Source: Squalus acanthias | Lineage: Eukaryota | Direction: 5' to 3' | DNA: 64,000 nt | Assembly: GCA_030390025.1 (NCBI GenBank) | Contig: CM059432.1 | Coordinates: 97,404,001-97,468,000, forward strand | Shown here: piece after piece, positions 12,385-24,575 of the stretch | Layout: every line of letters begins with the position of its first letter | Position numbering within the stretch: position 1 is the first letter of the stretch | Translations under genes and position numbers: made by a program | Notes under the pieces: generated by a model | Seen by the model: the letters and a program-made list of their open reading frames with translations, nothing else | What the model was told of the DNA's origin: nothing | The model's database searches: none

Positions 12385-15240
12385 AGGACAAAACTAAAGG
12401 CTCTCTATCTGAAGGCACGTAGCATTCGAAACAAAACAGATGAACTGATAGCGCAAATAGAAATACATAAGTACGATCTGATAACCATTACAGAAACATG
12501 GCTGCAGGATGACATAGATTGGTACCTAAATATTGAAGGGTACAGGACATTTAGGAAGGACAGGAAGCTAGGAAAAGGTGGAGGCGTGGCTCTGTTAATT
12601 AATGATGGTATTAGCACAATAGAGAGGGATGACCTAAGTTCAGGAAACCAGGATGTAGAAGCGGTTTGGGTAGAGATGAGAAATCATAAAGGCAAGAAGT
12701 TACTTGTGGGAGTGGTGTACAGGCCCCCTAACAGTAACCACACGGTAGGATGGAGTATTAAGGAAGAAATAATGGGAGCTTGTCAGAAAGGTATGGCAAT
12801 ACTCATGGGGTATTCTAATCTACATATAGACTGGAAAAATCAGATGGGCAAAGGTAGCCTAGATGAAGAGTTTATAGAATGTTTTTGGGATAGTTTCTTG
12901 GGACAGCACGTTCTGGAGCCAACCAGAGAGCAGGCTATACTAGACCTGGTATTGTACAACGAGATAGGATTAATTAATGACCTCATAGTGAAGGTGCCCC
13001 TAGGTAGCAGCGATCATAATATGATTGAATTTTACATTCAGTTTGAGGGAGAGAAGAGTGGGTCCAAGACTAGTATTTTAAACTTAAATAAGGGCAATTA
13101 TGAGGGCATGAAAGCAGAGCTAGCTAAAGTGAACTGGCAAATTAGGTTAAGGAATAGGTCAATAGAGTTGCAGTGGCAGACATTTAAGGGGATATTTCAA
13201 AATACACAGAATATATACATTCCAACGAGAAAGAAAAATTTCAAGGGGTGGACCCACCATCCGTGGTTAACTAAAAAAGTTAAAGATAGTATCAAACTTA
13301 AAGAAAAAGCATATAATTGCGAAAAGATGGGTGACAGGTCAGAAGATTGGACAGAATATAAAAAACAGCAAAGAATGACTAAAAGATGAATAAGGAGAGA
13401 AAAATTAGAGTACGAGAGAAAGCTAGCTAGAAATATAAAAAGATGAATAAGGAGAGAAAAATTAGAGTACGAGAGAAAGCTAGCTAGAAATATAAAAAGA
13501 TAGTAAGAGTTTCTATAGATATTTTAAAAAGAAAAGAGTTAACAAAGTGAGCGTTGGTCCTATAGAAAGTGAGTCTGGGGAATTAATAATGGAAAATAAG
13601 GAGATGGCAGTTGAATTGAACAGGTATTTTGCATCGGTCTTCACTATAGAAGATACAAGTAACATCCCAGAAATAGCTGTAAATCAGGAAATGGAAGGGA
13701 GGGAGGAACTCAAGAGAATTACAATCACCAGGGAAGTGGTACTGAGAAAATTGTTGGAGCTGTGGGCTGACAAGTCCCCGGGTCCTGATGGACTTCATCC
13801 TAGGGTCTTAAAAGAAGAGGCTAGTGAGACAGTTGATGCGTTGGTTTTAATTTTCCAAAATTCCCTAGATTCGGGGAAGGTTCCATTAAATTGGAAAATA
13901 GCGAATGTAACTCCTTTATTCAAAAAGGGAAGGAGACAGAAAGCAGGAAACTACAGGCCAGTTAGCTCAGCATCTGTCATAGGGAAGATGTTAGAAGCTA
14001 TTATTAAAGACGTTATAACAGGGCACTTAGAAAAGTTCAAGGTAATCAGGCAGAGTCAACATGGTTTTGTGAAAGGGAAATCATGTTTAAACAATTTATT
14101 GGAGTTCTTTGAGGAAGTAACATGTGCTGTGGATAAAGGGGAACTGGGGATGTACTGTACTTAGATTTCCAGAAGGCATTTGATAAGGTGCCATATTAAA
14201 GGTTATTGTGGAAAATAAAAGCTCATGGTGTATGGGGTAACATATTGGCATGGATAGAAGATTGGCTAGCTAACAGGAAACAGAGAGTAGGCATAAATGG
14301 GTCATTTTCTGGTTGGCAAGATGTAACGAGTGGTGTGCCACAGAGATCAGTGCTGGGGCCTCAACTTTTTACAATTTATATAAATGACTTGGATGAAGGG
14401 TCCGAAGGTATGGTTGCTAAATTTACTGATGACACAAAGATAGGTAGGAAAGTAAATTGTGAAGAGGACATAAGGAGGCTACAAAGGGATATAGATAGGT
14501 TAAGTGAGTGGGCAAAGATCTGACAAATAGAGTATAATGTGGGAAAATGTGAAATTGTCCATTTTGGCAGGAAGAATAAAAAAGAAGCATATTATCTAAA
14601 TGGTGAGAGATTGCAGAGCTCTGAGATGCAAAGGGATCTGGGTGTCCTCGTGCATGAATCGCAAAAGGTTAGTATGCAGGTACAGCAAGTAATTAGGAAA
14701 GCTAATAGAATGTTATCGTTTATTGCGAGGGAAATTGAAAACAAAAGTAGGGAGGTTATGCTTTAGTTATACAGGGCATTGGTGAGACCACATCTGGAGT
14801 ACTGTGTACAGTATTGGTCTCCTTATTTAAGGAAGGATGTAAATGTGTTGGAAGCAGTTTAGAGAAGGTTTACTAGACTAATACTTAGAATGGGCAGGTT
14901 GTCTTATGAGGAAAGGTTGGACAGGCTAGGCTTGTATCTGCTGGAGCTTAGAAGAGTAAGAGGTGACTTGATTGAAATATAAGATCCTGAGGGGTCTTGA
15001 CAGGGTGGATGTGGAGAGGATGTTCCCTCTTGTGGGAGAATCTAGAACTAGGGGTCACTGTTTAAAATAAGGGGTCGCCCATTCAAGACAGAGATGAGGA
15101 GAAATTTTTTCTCACAGAGGGTCGTGAGTCTTTGGAACTCTCTTCCTCAGAGGACGGTGGAAGCAAAGTCTTTGAATATTTTTAAGGCAGAGGTAGATAG
15201 ATTCTTGATCAGCAAGGGGGTGAAAGGTTATCGGGGGTAG
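12385..15240 (+). pseudogene. CR1 ORF2 (APE endonuclease plus reverse transcriptase), disrupted
   Basis: ITETWL, YRPP, SDH, KSPGPDG, NYRPVS, QHGF, GVPQRSVLGP, FTDD. Stops at 13387, 14521 and 14764, plus frameshifts. Confidence 0.9.
13381..13494 (+). repeat. Exact 57-bp tandem duplication in CR1 ORF2
   Basis: 13381-13437 equals 13438-13494, followed by aaaagat microhomology. Confidence 0.92.
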
Positions 15241-15417
15241 GCGGGAATGTGGAGCAATCAGATCAGCCATGATCTTATTGAATGGCAGAGCAGGCTCAAG
15301 AGGCCGAGTGGCCTACTCCTGCTCCTAATTCGTATGTACGTATGTTCCTGCACCACTTTTGAAATTGTACCATTTATTTCATATTGCCGCTCCTCATTCT
15401 TCCTACCAAAATATATC

Positions 15418-15632
15418 TGACGTAATAAAGACTCACTATGCACTTGAACATAAAGCAAGGCTTTAATCAACTTGTAACAAAACATGGAGGTCTAGTTAGC
15501 AGTCACTAGCTTCCTGTTTCCAGATTGTCTCTGCCCAAGGTGGGCCCATGCCTGAGTATTTATACTCCCTGGACGGCGCCCCAGCTGGCCGCCCAGTAGT
15601 ACTTCCTGAGTTGTTACTTGCGATTTATGACA
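15418..15632 (-). repeat. 3' LTR
   Basis: Direct repeat of 19715-19929, preceded on the minus strand by the polypurine tract AGGGAGGAAGAA (15633-15644). Confidence 0.97.
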
Positions 15633-15670
15633 TTCTTCCTCCCTAAAAGGTTTGGAAGTCCAGTCTTCCT

Positions 15671-18600
15671 TTAACGGACTAGGCGGACCAGAAATAGCCG
15701 CAGACGTTCAGCTCTCTGCTTGTGACTGGAAGGCACGTCTCCCCGGACCGTGTCCTGGTCCCTGGGTCGCTTGGCCCGTACCGGTAAGTCAGTAGAGTCT
15801 GCGTCATCTTGATCATCCTGTGGAGGACTGGGAATATCATGACTCCGGGTGCGGGTCCCCACAGGTGCTGAGCTGGCCTCATCCCGGGTCATGGCTGGAG
15901 ATTGTCCGGCGTCCTGGTTTCGGGTGGCCATCCTACGGGGAGCGTCCAGCTCCCTGAGTTGATCTGGTAGCGTTGCCGGCAGATCCCCCGATGTCCCAGG
16001 CGGGGCGTCATTTTCATAGGGGTGCGGAGTGTTGATATCATTGTCGGGGGATCCTTCATCATTCGGGCCCGTGTGACCGGTTGGGCAGGGAGCCAGATCT
16101 CGGAGCGAGACGGTGGTCTCCCGGCCATCAGGGTACCGTACGTGCGCATACGTGGGGTTTACCTCCGTTAACTCCACCTCGTCAACGAGAGGGTCGTTTT
16201 TGGCAGACCGGACGAACCTCCGGAGTAGTACCGGGCCTGGAGCCACCAACCATGACGGTAGAGACGTCACATGTGTAGAGCGACGCCGGAATTTGAAGAA
16301 TCGCTCATGAGGCGTGACATTAGTAGATGTGGAGAGAAGAGACCTGATAGAGTGTAACGCGTCGGGGAGCACCGTTTCCCACTGCTGGTCCGGCAGGTTG
16401 CGTGACCTTAGTGCCAGACGGACAGTGTTCCAGATGATGGCATTGTATCGTTCAACCTGTCCGTTACCGATTGGGTGATATGGTGTCGTCCAACTTGAGG
16501 CGATTCCCCGTTGGGAGAGATAACTTTTAAGTTCACTCGACATAAAGGAGGGACCCCGATCAGTGTGGATAAAATTGGCCGTCCCGCAAAGGGAAAAGAC
16601 CTGATCGAGGCATTTAATTACCGTAGAGGTAAGCATATTAGGGCAGGGGAAGGCGAAGGGAAAGCGTGAATACTCGTCCACCATCGTAAGTAGGTAGGTG
16701 TTCCTTGTCGACGAAGGCAATGGCCCTTTAAAGTCTATGCTGAGCCTCTGCATAGGCTGCATTGCATGTATGAGTAAGCCATCTGATGGGCGAAAGAATT
16801 GTGGTTTCAATTCTGCACAAATCCTACAGGAGGAGCATGTTTTCTTTACGTCCTCGGTTGAAAATGGTAGATTTTTGGAGCGCACAAAGTGCAACATGCG
16901 GGTCACACCAGGATGGCATAAGTCCATATGCAAATCCGCCAGAGTCGACGTTGACATTGAGGAGCAAAATGCCCGTGTGAAGGTATCTGGGGCCACGTTC
17001 TGTTTGCCGGGTCGGTAACAGATAGTATATCCAAAGGCAGCCAGCTCCATCCTCCAGAGTTGAATTTTATTATTTTTGATTTTCGTGCGCCTCCGGTTAT
17101 CCAACATGAAGGCCACAGAGCGCTGGTCAGTTATAAGCGTAAAATGACGCCGAGCAAGAAAATGACCCCATTGGCGTACAGCCTCGATGATGGCCGTAGC
17201 CTCCTTCTCGACAGGGGGGGTAATGGAGCTCGCTACCCTGCAAGGTTCTGGATAGGAATGCCACGGGTCGGCCACCTTGATTCAAGGTAGCGGAGATCGC
17301 CACCTCCGATGCATCGCATTCGACCACAAAAGGAAGATTTTCGTCAATGGAGCGAAGCGTGGCTTTCTCCAGCTGTCGTTTGAGGAGGTTGAAGGCAGAA
17401 ATAGCCGTAGCTTCCAATGGAAAAGACTTCGCATGGAGCAGGGGCTGTATTTTATCGGAGAAGTGTGGTATCCATTTTGCGTAATAAGCAAACATGCCAA
17501 GTGCCCGACGAAGAGAGCCGAGGTTCGTCGGGGGAGGGAGCTCCTGAAGTGGACGAAGTCGCTCTGGGTCCGGTTTAAGAACACCGTTGCCCACCCAGTA
17601 GCCAAGAATGTTCACCGATGGCACCGACTTCACCGATTTGGATTCGTTTAACGTTAAGTGGCGACGGCGGAGTACGTCAAAAAATCTCTGAAGATTGGCG
17701 TCATGCTCCTTTTGATCATGGCCGGCAATAGTGATATTGTCTAAATACGGAAAGGTATCCGTCAAGTTCTCTTGCCGGACTAGGCCATCCATGGCCCGTT
17801 GGAAGACGGCCACCCCATTGGTGACCCCGAATGGAAGGCGGCGAAACTGGAAAAGCCGACCATTGGCCTCAAAGGCCGTATACTTCTTGTCGGAGTCTTG
17901 CAGTGGCACCTGATGGTACGCGCTTTTTAAATCGAAGGTCGAGAATACCTTGTATTTGGCAAGGTTGTTGACCATGTCATCTATGCGTGGCAGCGGGTAG
18001 GCATCCAGATCGGTATATAGATTAATAGTCTGCGAATAATCGATACACAGACGTTTTTTTATGTTGTTTTAAGGGATTCCTCACGATGACGACCTGAGCC
18101 CGCCAGGGAGATGAACATGGCTCGATAATACCGTCGACTAAAAGGCGAGAGATTTCCGCCTCAATAAACGCTCGATCGTCTTGGCTAAAGCGCCGCGATT
18201 TGGTGGCTATGGGTTTACAGCGGGGGGGAAGATTGGCAAACAGGGAGGGTTCACCGAGTAAGGCCGCCGAGAGTGCACAAAACGGCACCTTAGAAATGGT
18301 AAGCTCCGGCCTTGACCCTCCAAACTCAAAAGTGATCTTCTTGTGCTGCTTCTGGAAGTCCTGTCCCAGAAGCACATCGCTGCATAAGTTTGCGAGTACT
18401 CCGAGCCGGGTGGAGAGATACGTGCGGCCGTTGAGGATGAGGTTGACCAGACAGAAGCCAGAAGAATTGGTGGTCAGAGTCGTCAGAGCCATTGCAATCT
18501 CCCTGTCCGAGGGATAAATGTGCAGTTTTAACCTGTTGACAGCCCGCTTACTAATGAAGCTGTCAGAGCTGCAGGAGTCGATTAGCGCGCTTAGAGTGTG

Positions 18601-19614
18601 CCCATTTACTGAAACCTTCGTGGCTGCATGGGACAAACTTTGGGGAAAAACAGCCGTGATGGGAGGAGGGGCAATTTTCCCTTCGGCAACTGTAGCCTTA
18701 ACAGTAGTTCTTGGGGGAGGAACAGCTCCATAGATAGCAGCTGTGAAGCTAACAGGAGCTCTCGACCGGTATACTTTAGAGGAGCGGCCTTTCTTGTTAG
18801 CAAAGGCCCGTGACTGGCATACCTTGGAAAAGTGTCCTTTCTTGCTGCAATGATTGCAGGTCACATTACGAGCCGGGCAAAATTTTCTGTGATGGCACGC
18901 CCCTCCACAAAAGAAACACTTTCTTCCTGATTGCCAGGATGCTGCTAGGGCGGGGTCGTCATCAGCGAAGGCCTCTAGGGTAGGGTCGTCGTCTGTTAGA
19001 GTAGAGTCAACATCAGTGGGGGCATCCGCCCGAGACCTACCGAAAGACTCATTAAAGGAGATAGCCGCCGCCCGTGCACGTGGTGGGAGATAAGTGTCTG
19101 CATTTTTCTTGGCCAAGTCCAAGGAACACGCCTGGTCATAAGCAGCCCGTAAATTGAGGGTTTTATTTTCCAGCAGGCGCTGACGTATAAAAGGGGACGC
19201 GATTCCATTGATAAAGGAATCGCGGATTAGTTCCTCTTGATACTGTTCAGCTGAAACTGCTTTAAGGTTACAATCCTTGCTGAGCCTGCGAAGTTTCTGG
19301 AGAAATTCATCGAGTGATTCCCCAGGCTACTGCCGAGTTGTGGCCAGTAGGTGTCGAGCAAAGATTTCATTTGGGGACTTGACATATAGCTGCTGTAAGA
19401 TTTCGATAGCAGTGTCATAGTCTATACAGTCCTCAATATAATCATACACATGAGGAGACACGTAGTTGATAAGCATTCGTAACTTATTAGGGACATCCGC
19501 CCCACATTCTTCAAGAAAGTTGCTAAAGGTACGAAACCAATGCTTCCATACCTTTGCTGCCGCAGGTGCATTCGGGTCCAGGTCGAGACGAGCGGGTCTA
19601 AGGAGTTTTTCCAT
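15671..19614 (-). pseudogene. Single gag-pol polyprotein with three disablements (stop at 19327, +1 frameshifts at ~18056 and ~17217)
   Basis: Two CCHC knuckles, protease LIDSC, RT DLKSAYHQ/PFG/YLDN, RNase H CDAS..EKEA..TDQ, integrase HHCC plus DDE (IDF, TDRG, GQVER). No chromodomain seen. Confidence 0.93.
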
Positions 19615-19700
19615 GATGGATCAGTTTCTTGCCCAAGTTCCCTTCTGTGGTTCGAGTTGCAGCTGGTTGTTCCGAATCACCCAAAGCGTGGAGACGATAT

Positions 19701-19713
19701 CAAGTTGATTAAA
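19701..19713 (-). promoter_or_regulatory. Non-tRNA primer-binding-site position, complementary to LTR 19759-19771
   Basis: TTTAATCAACTTG starts 1 nt after the 5' LTR. There is no TGG start. It is a perfect 13-bp complement of CAAGTTGATTAAA in the LTR. Confidence 0.75.
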
Positions 19714-19714
19714 T

Positions 19715-19929
19715 TGACGTAATAAAGACTCACTACGCACTTGAACATAAAGCAAGGCTTTAATCAACTTGTAACAAAACATGGAGGTCTAGTTAGCAGT
19801 CACTAGCTTCCTGTTTCCAGATTGTCTCTGCCCAAGGTGGGCCCATGCCTGAGTATTTATACTCCCTGGACGGCGCCCCAGCTGGCCGCCCAGTAGTACT
19901 TCCTGAGTTGTTACTTGCGATTTATGACA
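19715..19929 (-). repeat. 5' LTR with TATA box (19854-19861) and ATTAAA poly(A) signal (19759-19764)
   Basis: Minus strand reads TGTCAT...TATAAATA...CAAGTTGATTAAA...ACGTCA. Confidence 0.95.
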
Positions 19930-20493
19930 ATATCACTTCACACTTCTCTGCATTAATTTTCATCTGCCATGTGTCTGCCCATTTCACCAGTCTGTCTATG
20001 TCCTCCTGAAGTCTGTTACTATCCATCTCATTGTTTACTATATTTCTGAGTTTTGTATCCTCTGCAAACTTTGAAATTATGCCCTGTATACCCACATCCA
20101 GGTTATTAATATATAATCAAAAAGAGCAGTGGTCCCAACACTGACCCCTGGGGAACACCACTGTGTGCTTCTCTCCATTCTGAAAAACAACCGTTTACCA
20201 CTACTCTCTGCTTTCTGCAACTTAGTCAATTTTGTATCCATGCTGCCATTGTCCCATTAATCCCATGGGCTTTAATTATGCTAACAAATCTATTGTGTGA
20301 TACTTTGTCAAACACCTTTTGAAAGTCCATATACATAACATCAACCACACTACCCTCATCAACCCTCTCCGTTACTTCATCAAAGAACTCAATCAAGTTA
20401 GTCAAACATGATTTGCCTTTAACAAATCCATGCTGACTTTCATTTATTGGCCCATACTTTTCTAAATGCCAATTAATTTTGTCCTGGATTATT

Positions 20494-21356
20494 GGCTGGA
20501 ATTTTGCCGGTCCTCAGAATGTGGGATTGAAGGCGGGACTGCTGTCAAAATCACAAAGATTGACAGCGGGTAGGAAACCCGCTGTCAACCCGCCTCCAAT
20601 CAATCTTCCCAAGTGTCGGGTCCCTGATTTGCGCATGGACCCGACACCTGGCGGCGAGAAGATGATTATAACCACTTACCTGGCTGTTAACAGGTACTTG
20701 ATACTTGTTAACAGGCTCTTTTTCAATTTTGCCGCTTCTGCCTCGGGTTCCTTGATGTCCAGACACTACGCCAGGTAAGTGTGGCGTGTTTGTGAGTCTG
20801 CTGTAATGTTTCTGCATTGATGACAGCTGCAGAAGTGGTGTGAAGGATCCAATGGTACACTGGTGAGTTTCAGAGGTAAGAAAATGTTGGGAAAATCATT
20901 TTTAATGCATTTACACTTTTCTGTAGGTAACAAGTTTCGAATTGGCTGTCTAGTCCCACCTCATTGGGAGAACCTCTCTCACCAGTGACAGATCACTGCT
21001 GTAACCTCACCTGCAGCTGCCATCTGTTCCAGCTTATGGAGGGAGTTACAGAAGAGCTCACCTGTGAACAGTCATTGTCAGTGTTTGCAGCACCTCAATG
21101 CTGTCAAACACTGAGAAATGAGCTGTCAAAGAAAAATTGTGCGTGGTCCCTTTAAGAAAACCGGCAGATGACACATCATCAAATTATATCATCTGACCGA
21201 CTTCTCTTAATTGACCAGCAAGTTCGCAGGGCAGGCTTAACAAGACAAAATCGATGTAAAATCACTTCCGTGGGCCGGATGCAGTTGGGGGCGGGACTGG
21301 AACCCGGAAACCAGCTGACTCACTCTCAGGCCACATCCATTTGCAAAATCGCGGCC
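20494..21356. mobile_element. Harbinger-type MITE related to family 1
   Basis: ggctggaattttgc / gcaaaatcgcggcc ends. ATT TSD. Confidence 0.85.
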
Positions 21357-22332
21357 ATTGTCTCGAAAATTTTCCCCACCATCGACATTAGGCTGACTGG
21401 CCTGTAGTTGCCGGGTTTATCCCTCTCTTTTTTTAAACACGGGGTGTAACATTTTCAATCCTCAAGTCCTGTGGAACCACCCCCATATCCGAGGAGGATT
21501 GGGACATTGTGGCCAGAGCCGCCGGAATTCCCACCCTTACTTCCCTCAGTAACCTAGGATGCATCCCATCCTGACCGGGTGACTTTTCTACTTTGAATGC
21601 TGCCAATGTTTTAAGTACCCCCTCATTATTTTTATCCTATCCAATATCGCTAGTGCGTCGTCCTTTACTGCTACATTGGCAGCATTCTCTTCTTTAGTGA
21701 AGACCGATGCAAAGTACTCATTTAGTACCTCAGCCATGCCCTCTGCCTCCACAAGATCTCCTTTTCTGTCCCTAATCTGCCCCACCCTTTCTTTGACTAC
21801 GTCTTTACTATTTATGTGTTTATAAAAGACTTTTGGGTTTCCTTTTTATGTTAACTGCTAATCCATTCTCATATTCTCCCTGCCCCCTTTAATCCCTTTC
21901 TTTAGATCTCCTCTGTACTTTGTATATTCAGCTTGGTTCTCTACTGTAAGCTTCCTTTTTCTGTCTCATTTTATCCTCGATGTCTTTAGTCATCCAGGGG
22001 GCTATAGCTTTGGATGCCCTTCCTTTCCCTCTCATAGGAATCTGTCTACTCTGTACCCAAACTATCTCCACTTTGAATGCCATACATTCATGGAGATGAA
22101 CTTAACATTCAGGAGTACAGAGTGTTCAGAAGGGTCAGAAAAGGAAGCCATATATATATTAGATACAGCTGGGAGGTAAATGAAGTTGATCCTGTGGGAG
22201 GGGTAAACTACATAATGAACAACTTTGGATAGACATCTCTAGAGCAAAACAAATGCAAGCTAACACTTAAGGTTTGCTACATACACCAGGTCAGTGCAAG
22301 AAACAGGACAGTTTTCTCTAAGAAGAGATAAT

Positions 22333-23095
22333 TGCCCAGAAATTCCGTTCGCAGCCCTCCCGCGGGCGGAGGGCTGCGATCCGGAAAGATCTGCGCCTGG
22401 ACCGGAGGGCTCCCGGGAGACGCAGAATTCCATTGCTGTGCCTCTTCAATCTGCCGGTGTCCAGGGCACGCGTATCCCAGGGGCGCAGGCGAATCGCAGA
22501 GTCCCTGGGATCACGTGGGCCATGGGGAGCCAATCCGAGCAGGGAATCTCCATTGATAGATTTGACAGGAAGGCCTGTCAAATCTATGAATAGAGATCAG
22601 CCCCAAAACATAAGTAAAACTTCAAATAAATTTTAAAAAAAACATCACATTTTTAAAATGACTATAAATTACATAAATTAACTATTTTAAACAAAAAATG
22701 TTTAAATTTTTGAAAAAAGTAATTAAAGTTTTTAACAGGGCTAAAAATAAACTTACCTTTCTTTAAAGTATTTTAAAATGATAAATCAGTGGAAAAAATT
22801 TTTTGTTTTACTTTCTTAAACTATTAGCCTGCTAAAAGCGGGCCTTGTGCCTGCTTTTCTAGGCGCAGCTGTTCCCGACTTACCTGGACTCAAGCCAGTG
22901 TGGAAAAAAATGGAAGTTTCTAACGTACGCGCTGCCTATCCAGCGCAGGCGTTTGAGCAGACAAGCCCTTTCTTCAGACAACGGAAGTTCCGGTTTCCAG
23001 CGCTTGCACAGTGCATCGTAAAACCGGCACTTTCGTTGGCCCTACGGGTGAGTACACAGCGCGTACACACCCGTAGGAAACGGAATTTCTAGGCC
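22333..23095. mobile_element. Harbinger-type MITE, family 2 (GGCCNAGAAATT TIR, AT-rich core), reverse orientation to 43098 and 60671 copies
   Basis: gcccagaaattcc / ggaatttctaggcc ends. Shared internal hairpins. TSD imperfect. Confidence 0.85.
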
Positions 23096-23427
23096 TAAAG
23101 TTAGGTGAGAACAATAGAAACTTTAATCAACCAAATATAAATAGGAAAAAATAACAAGCAGTTTGGAGTCAGATGTAAATGTAATGCATGAATGTTTCAT
23201 GGACTATGCAAGACAGTGCTCATCTTGAGCTGCTACTTGTAAATGGTCCAGACAAAGTATAGGAATCTGAGGTCATTGAACCCCTGGGGGCCAGCAACCA
23301 TAGTATGATCACAATTAACATGATCTCGAATACATATATATCAAAGTCCAGGAACCAGATGTAGAACTTTAAAAGGGCTAAATTCATAAAAAATGAAGGA
23401 AGAACGAAAGCAAATGGATTAGAGAAG

Positions 23428-23625
23428 TAACAGAAAATACTGGAAACACTCAGCAGGTCAGGAAGCATTGAGGAGAGAGAAACAGAGTCAACGTTTCGAG
23501 TCGGGTACGGTTCCCCAACTCAATGTTAACTCTTTCTCTCCTCGATGCTGCCTGACCTGCTGAGTGTTTCCAGCATTTTCTGTTGTTATTTCAGATTTCC
23601 AGCATCTGCAGTATTTTGCTATTGT
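23428..23625. mobile_element. Penelope terminal-repeat inverted dimer (same family as 3214 and 30975)
   Basis: Inverted arms of the pLTR. ATTAGAGAAG TSD at 23418-23427 and 23626-23635. Confidence 0.85.
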
Positions 23626-24273
23626 ATTAGAGAAGGTTGTTTATGAACACTTCAGTGGAAAACAAATAAAACACCTTAATGCTGAACATGCAGGACAATA
23701 CATACCCCAGGTCAGCAAGCTAAAAGTAAACAATTGTGATCCTAAATGGGTTAACAAGCCAATACAAGTGACATAAAGAGGAAAAAGGCTTCTACAAATC
23801 TTGCAGGGAGATAGGGGAAGGAGTTCACTAGAACAAATATAGGAACATGGGAGTAAATATTCATTTTCACCACTTGGCTGAGCAGATCACCCACCCATTA
23901 TAGAACTCATCCAATTTTCATCCCATTGATTTCTTTCCCAATAATATTCAAAATTAATACTTCCTCAAAGTATTCACAAGGGAAGACATTAACAACATGC
24001 CCTCCTCCAGAAAACAGCACTAAGCTAAAATGTATGAATTTGATATAAATTAAATCAATGTCCTAAACATGCTGATAGGGCTTGAAATAAATAAATCCAC
24101 TGGCTTAGGTGGTACATATTCCAGTGTGCTGAGAAAGACTAGGCAGAAGATTTGTGAGACATTGAGAGTCACTGGATACTGGAAATGATGCGGAGATGCC
24201 GGTGTTGGACTGGGGTGGACAAAAATGAGAAGTCGCACAACACCAGGTTATAGTCCAACAGTTTTATTTGAAA

Positions 24274-24310
24274 TCACGAGCTTTCGGAGCGCTGCTCCTT
24301 CGTCAGGTAA
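24274..24310 (-). ncRNA. Minimal type I hammerhead ribozyme (mirror copy)
   Basis: Exact reverse complement of 24539-24575. Confidence 0.85.
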
Positions 24311-24538
24311 AGTGAGGGAATACAAATCAGCAAAGCATATATAGACAGAGAACAATGTGTTTCTGACTGCCCTCCATCGCACCTCGGCAGAGATACAATC
24401 AGTCAGGAAGGCATTACATCATGTCTTTGACGTAATGCCTTCCTGACTGATTGTATCTCTGCCGAGGTGTGATGGAGGGCAGTCAGAAACACATTGTTCT
24501 CTGTCTATATATGCTTTGCTGATTTGTATTCCCTCACT

Positions 24539-24575
24539 TTACCTGACGAAGGAGCAGCGCTCCGAAAGCTCGTGA
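24539..24575 (+). ncRNA. Minimal type I hammerhead ribozyme
   Basis: TTAC-CTGACGA-A-GGAGC(agc)GCTCC-GAA-AGCT-C-GTGA. Predicted cleavage after 24571. Confidence 0.85.

Larger units (their letters stand above)
10651..15345 (+). mobile_element. Full-length CR1 LINE (5' UTR, ORF1, ORF2, 3' tail), inactivated
   Basis: ORF1 and ORF2 remnants. 3' end cctactcctgctcctaattcgtatgtacgtatgt. Inserted into the older minus-strand CR1. Confidence 0.92.
15418..19929 (-). mobile_element. Ty3/Gypsy LTR retrotransposon, structurally complete, 4512 bp
   Basis: 215-bp LTRs (TG...CA) differing at one base. ATATC TSD at 15413-15417 and 19930-19934. PPT present. gag-PR-RT-RH-IN order. Confidence 0.97.
9088..22082 (-). 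mobile_element. Old CR1 LINE (ORF2 3' two-thirds) in five pieces: ~9088-9673, 10540-10650, 15346-15417, 19930-20493, 21357-22082
   Basis: CR1 3' motifs (LFSLEQRRIREDLIEVFKI, WNALSERMVEA) and collinear RT sequence that resumes after each insertion. EVLNEYFASVFTKE at ~21700. Confidence 0.85.

Noticed and set aside
19672..19683. TGGGTGATTCGG as a tRNA PBS for the Gypsy element
   Set aside because: It lies about 30 nt from the LTR and does not match a tRNA 3' end I recognise (only loosely His-like).
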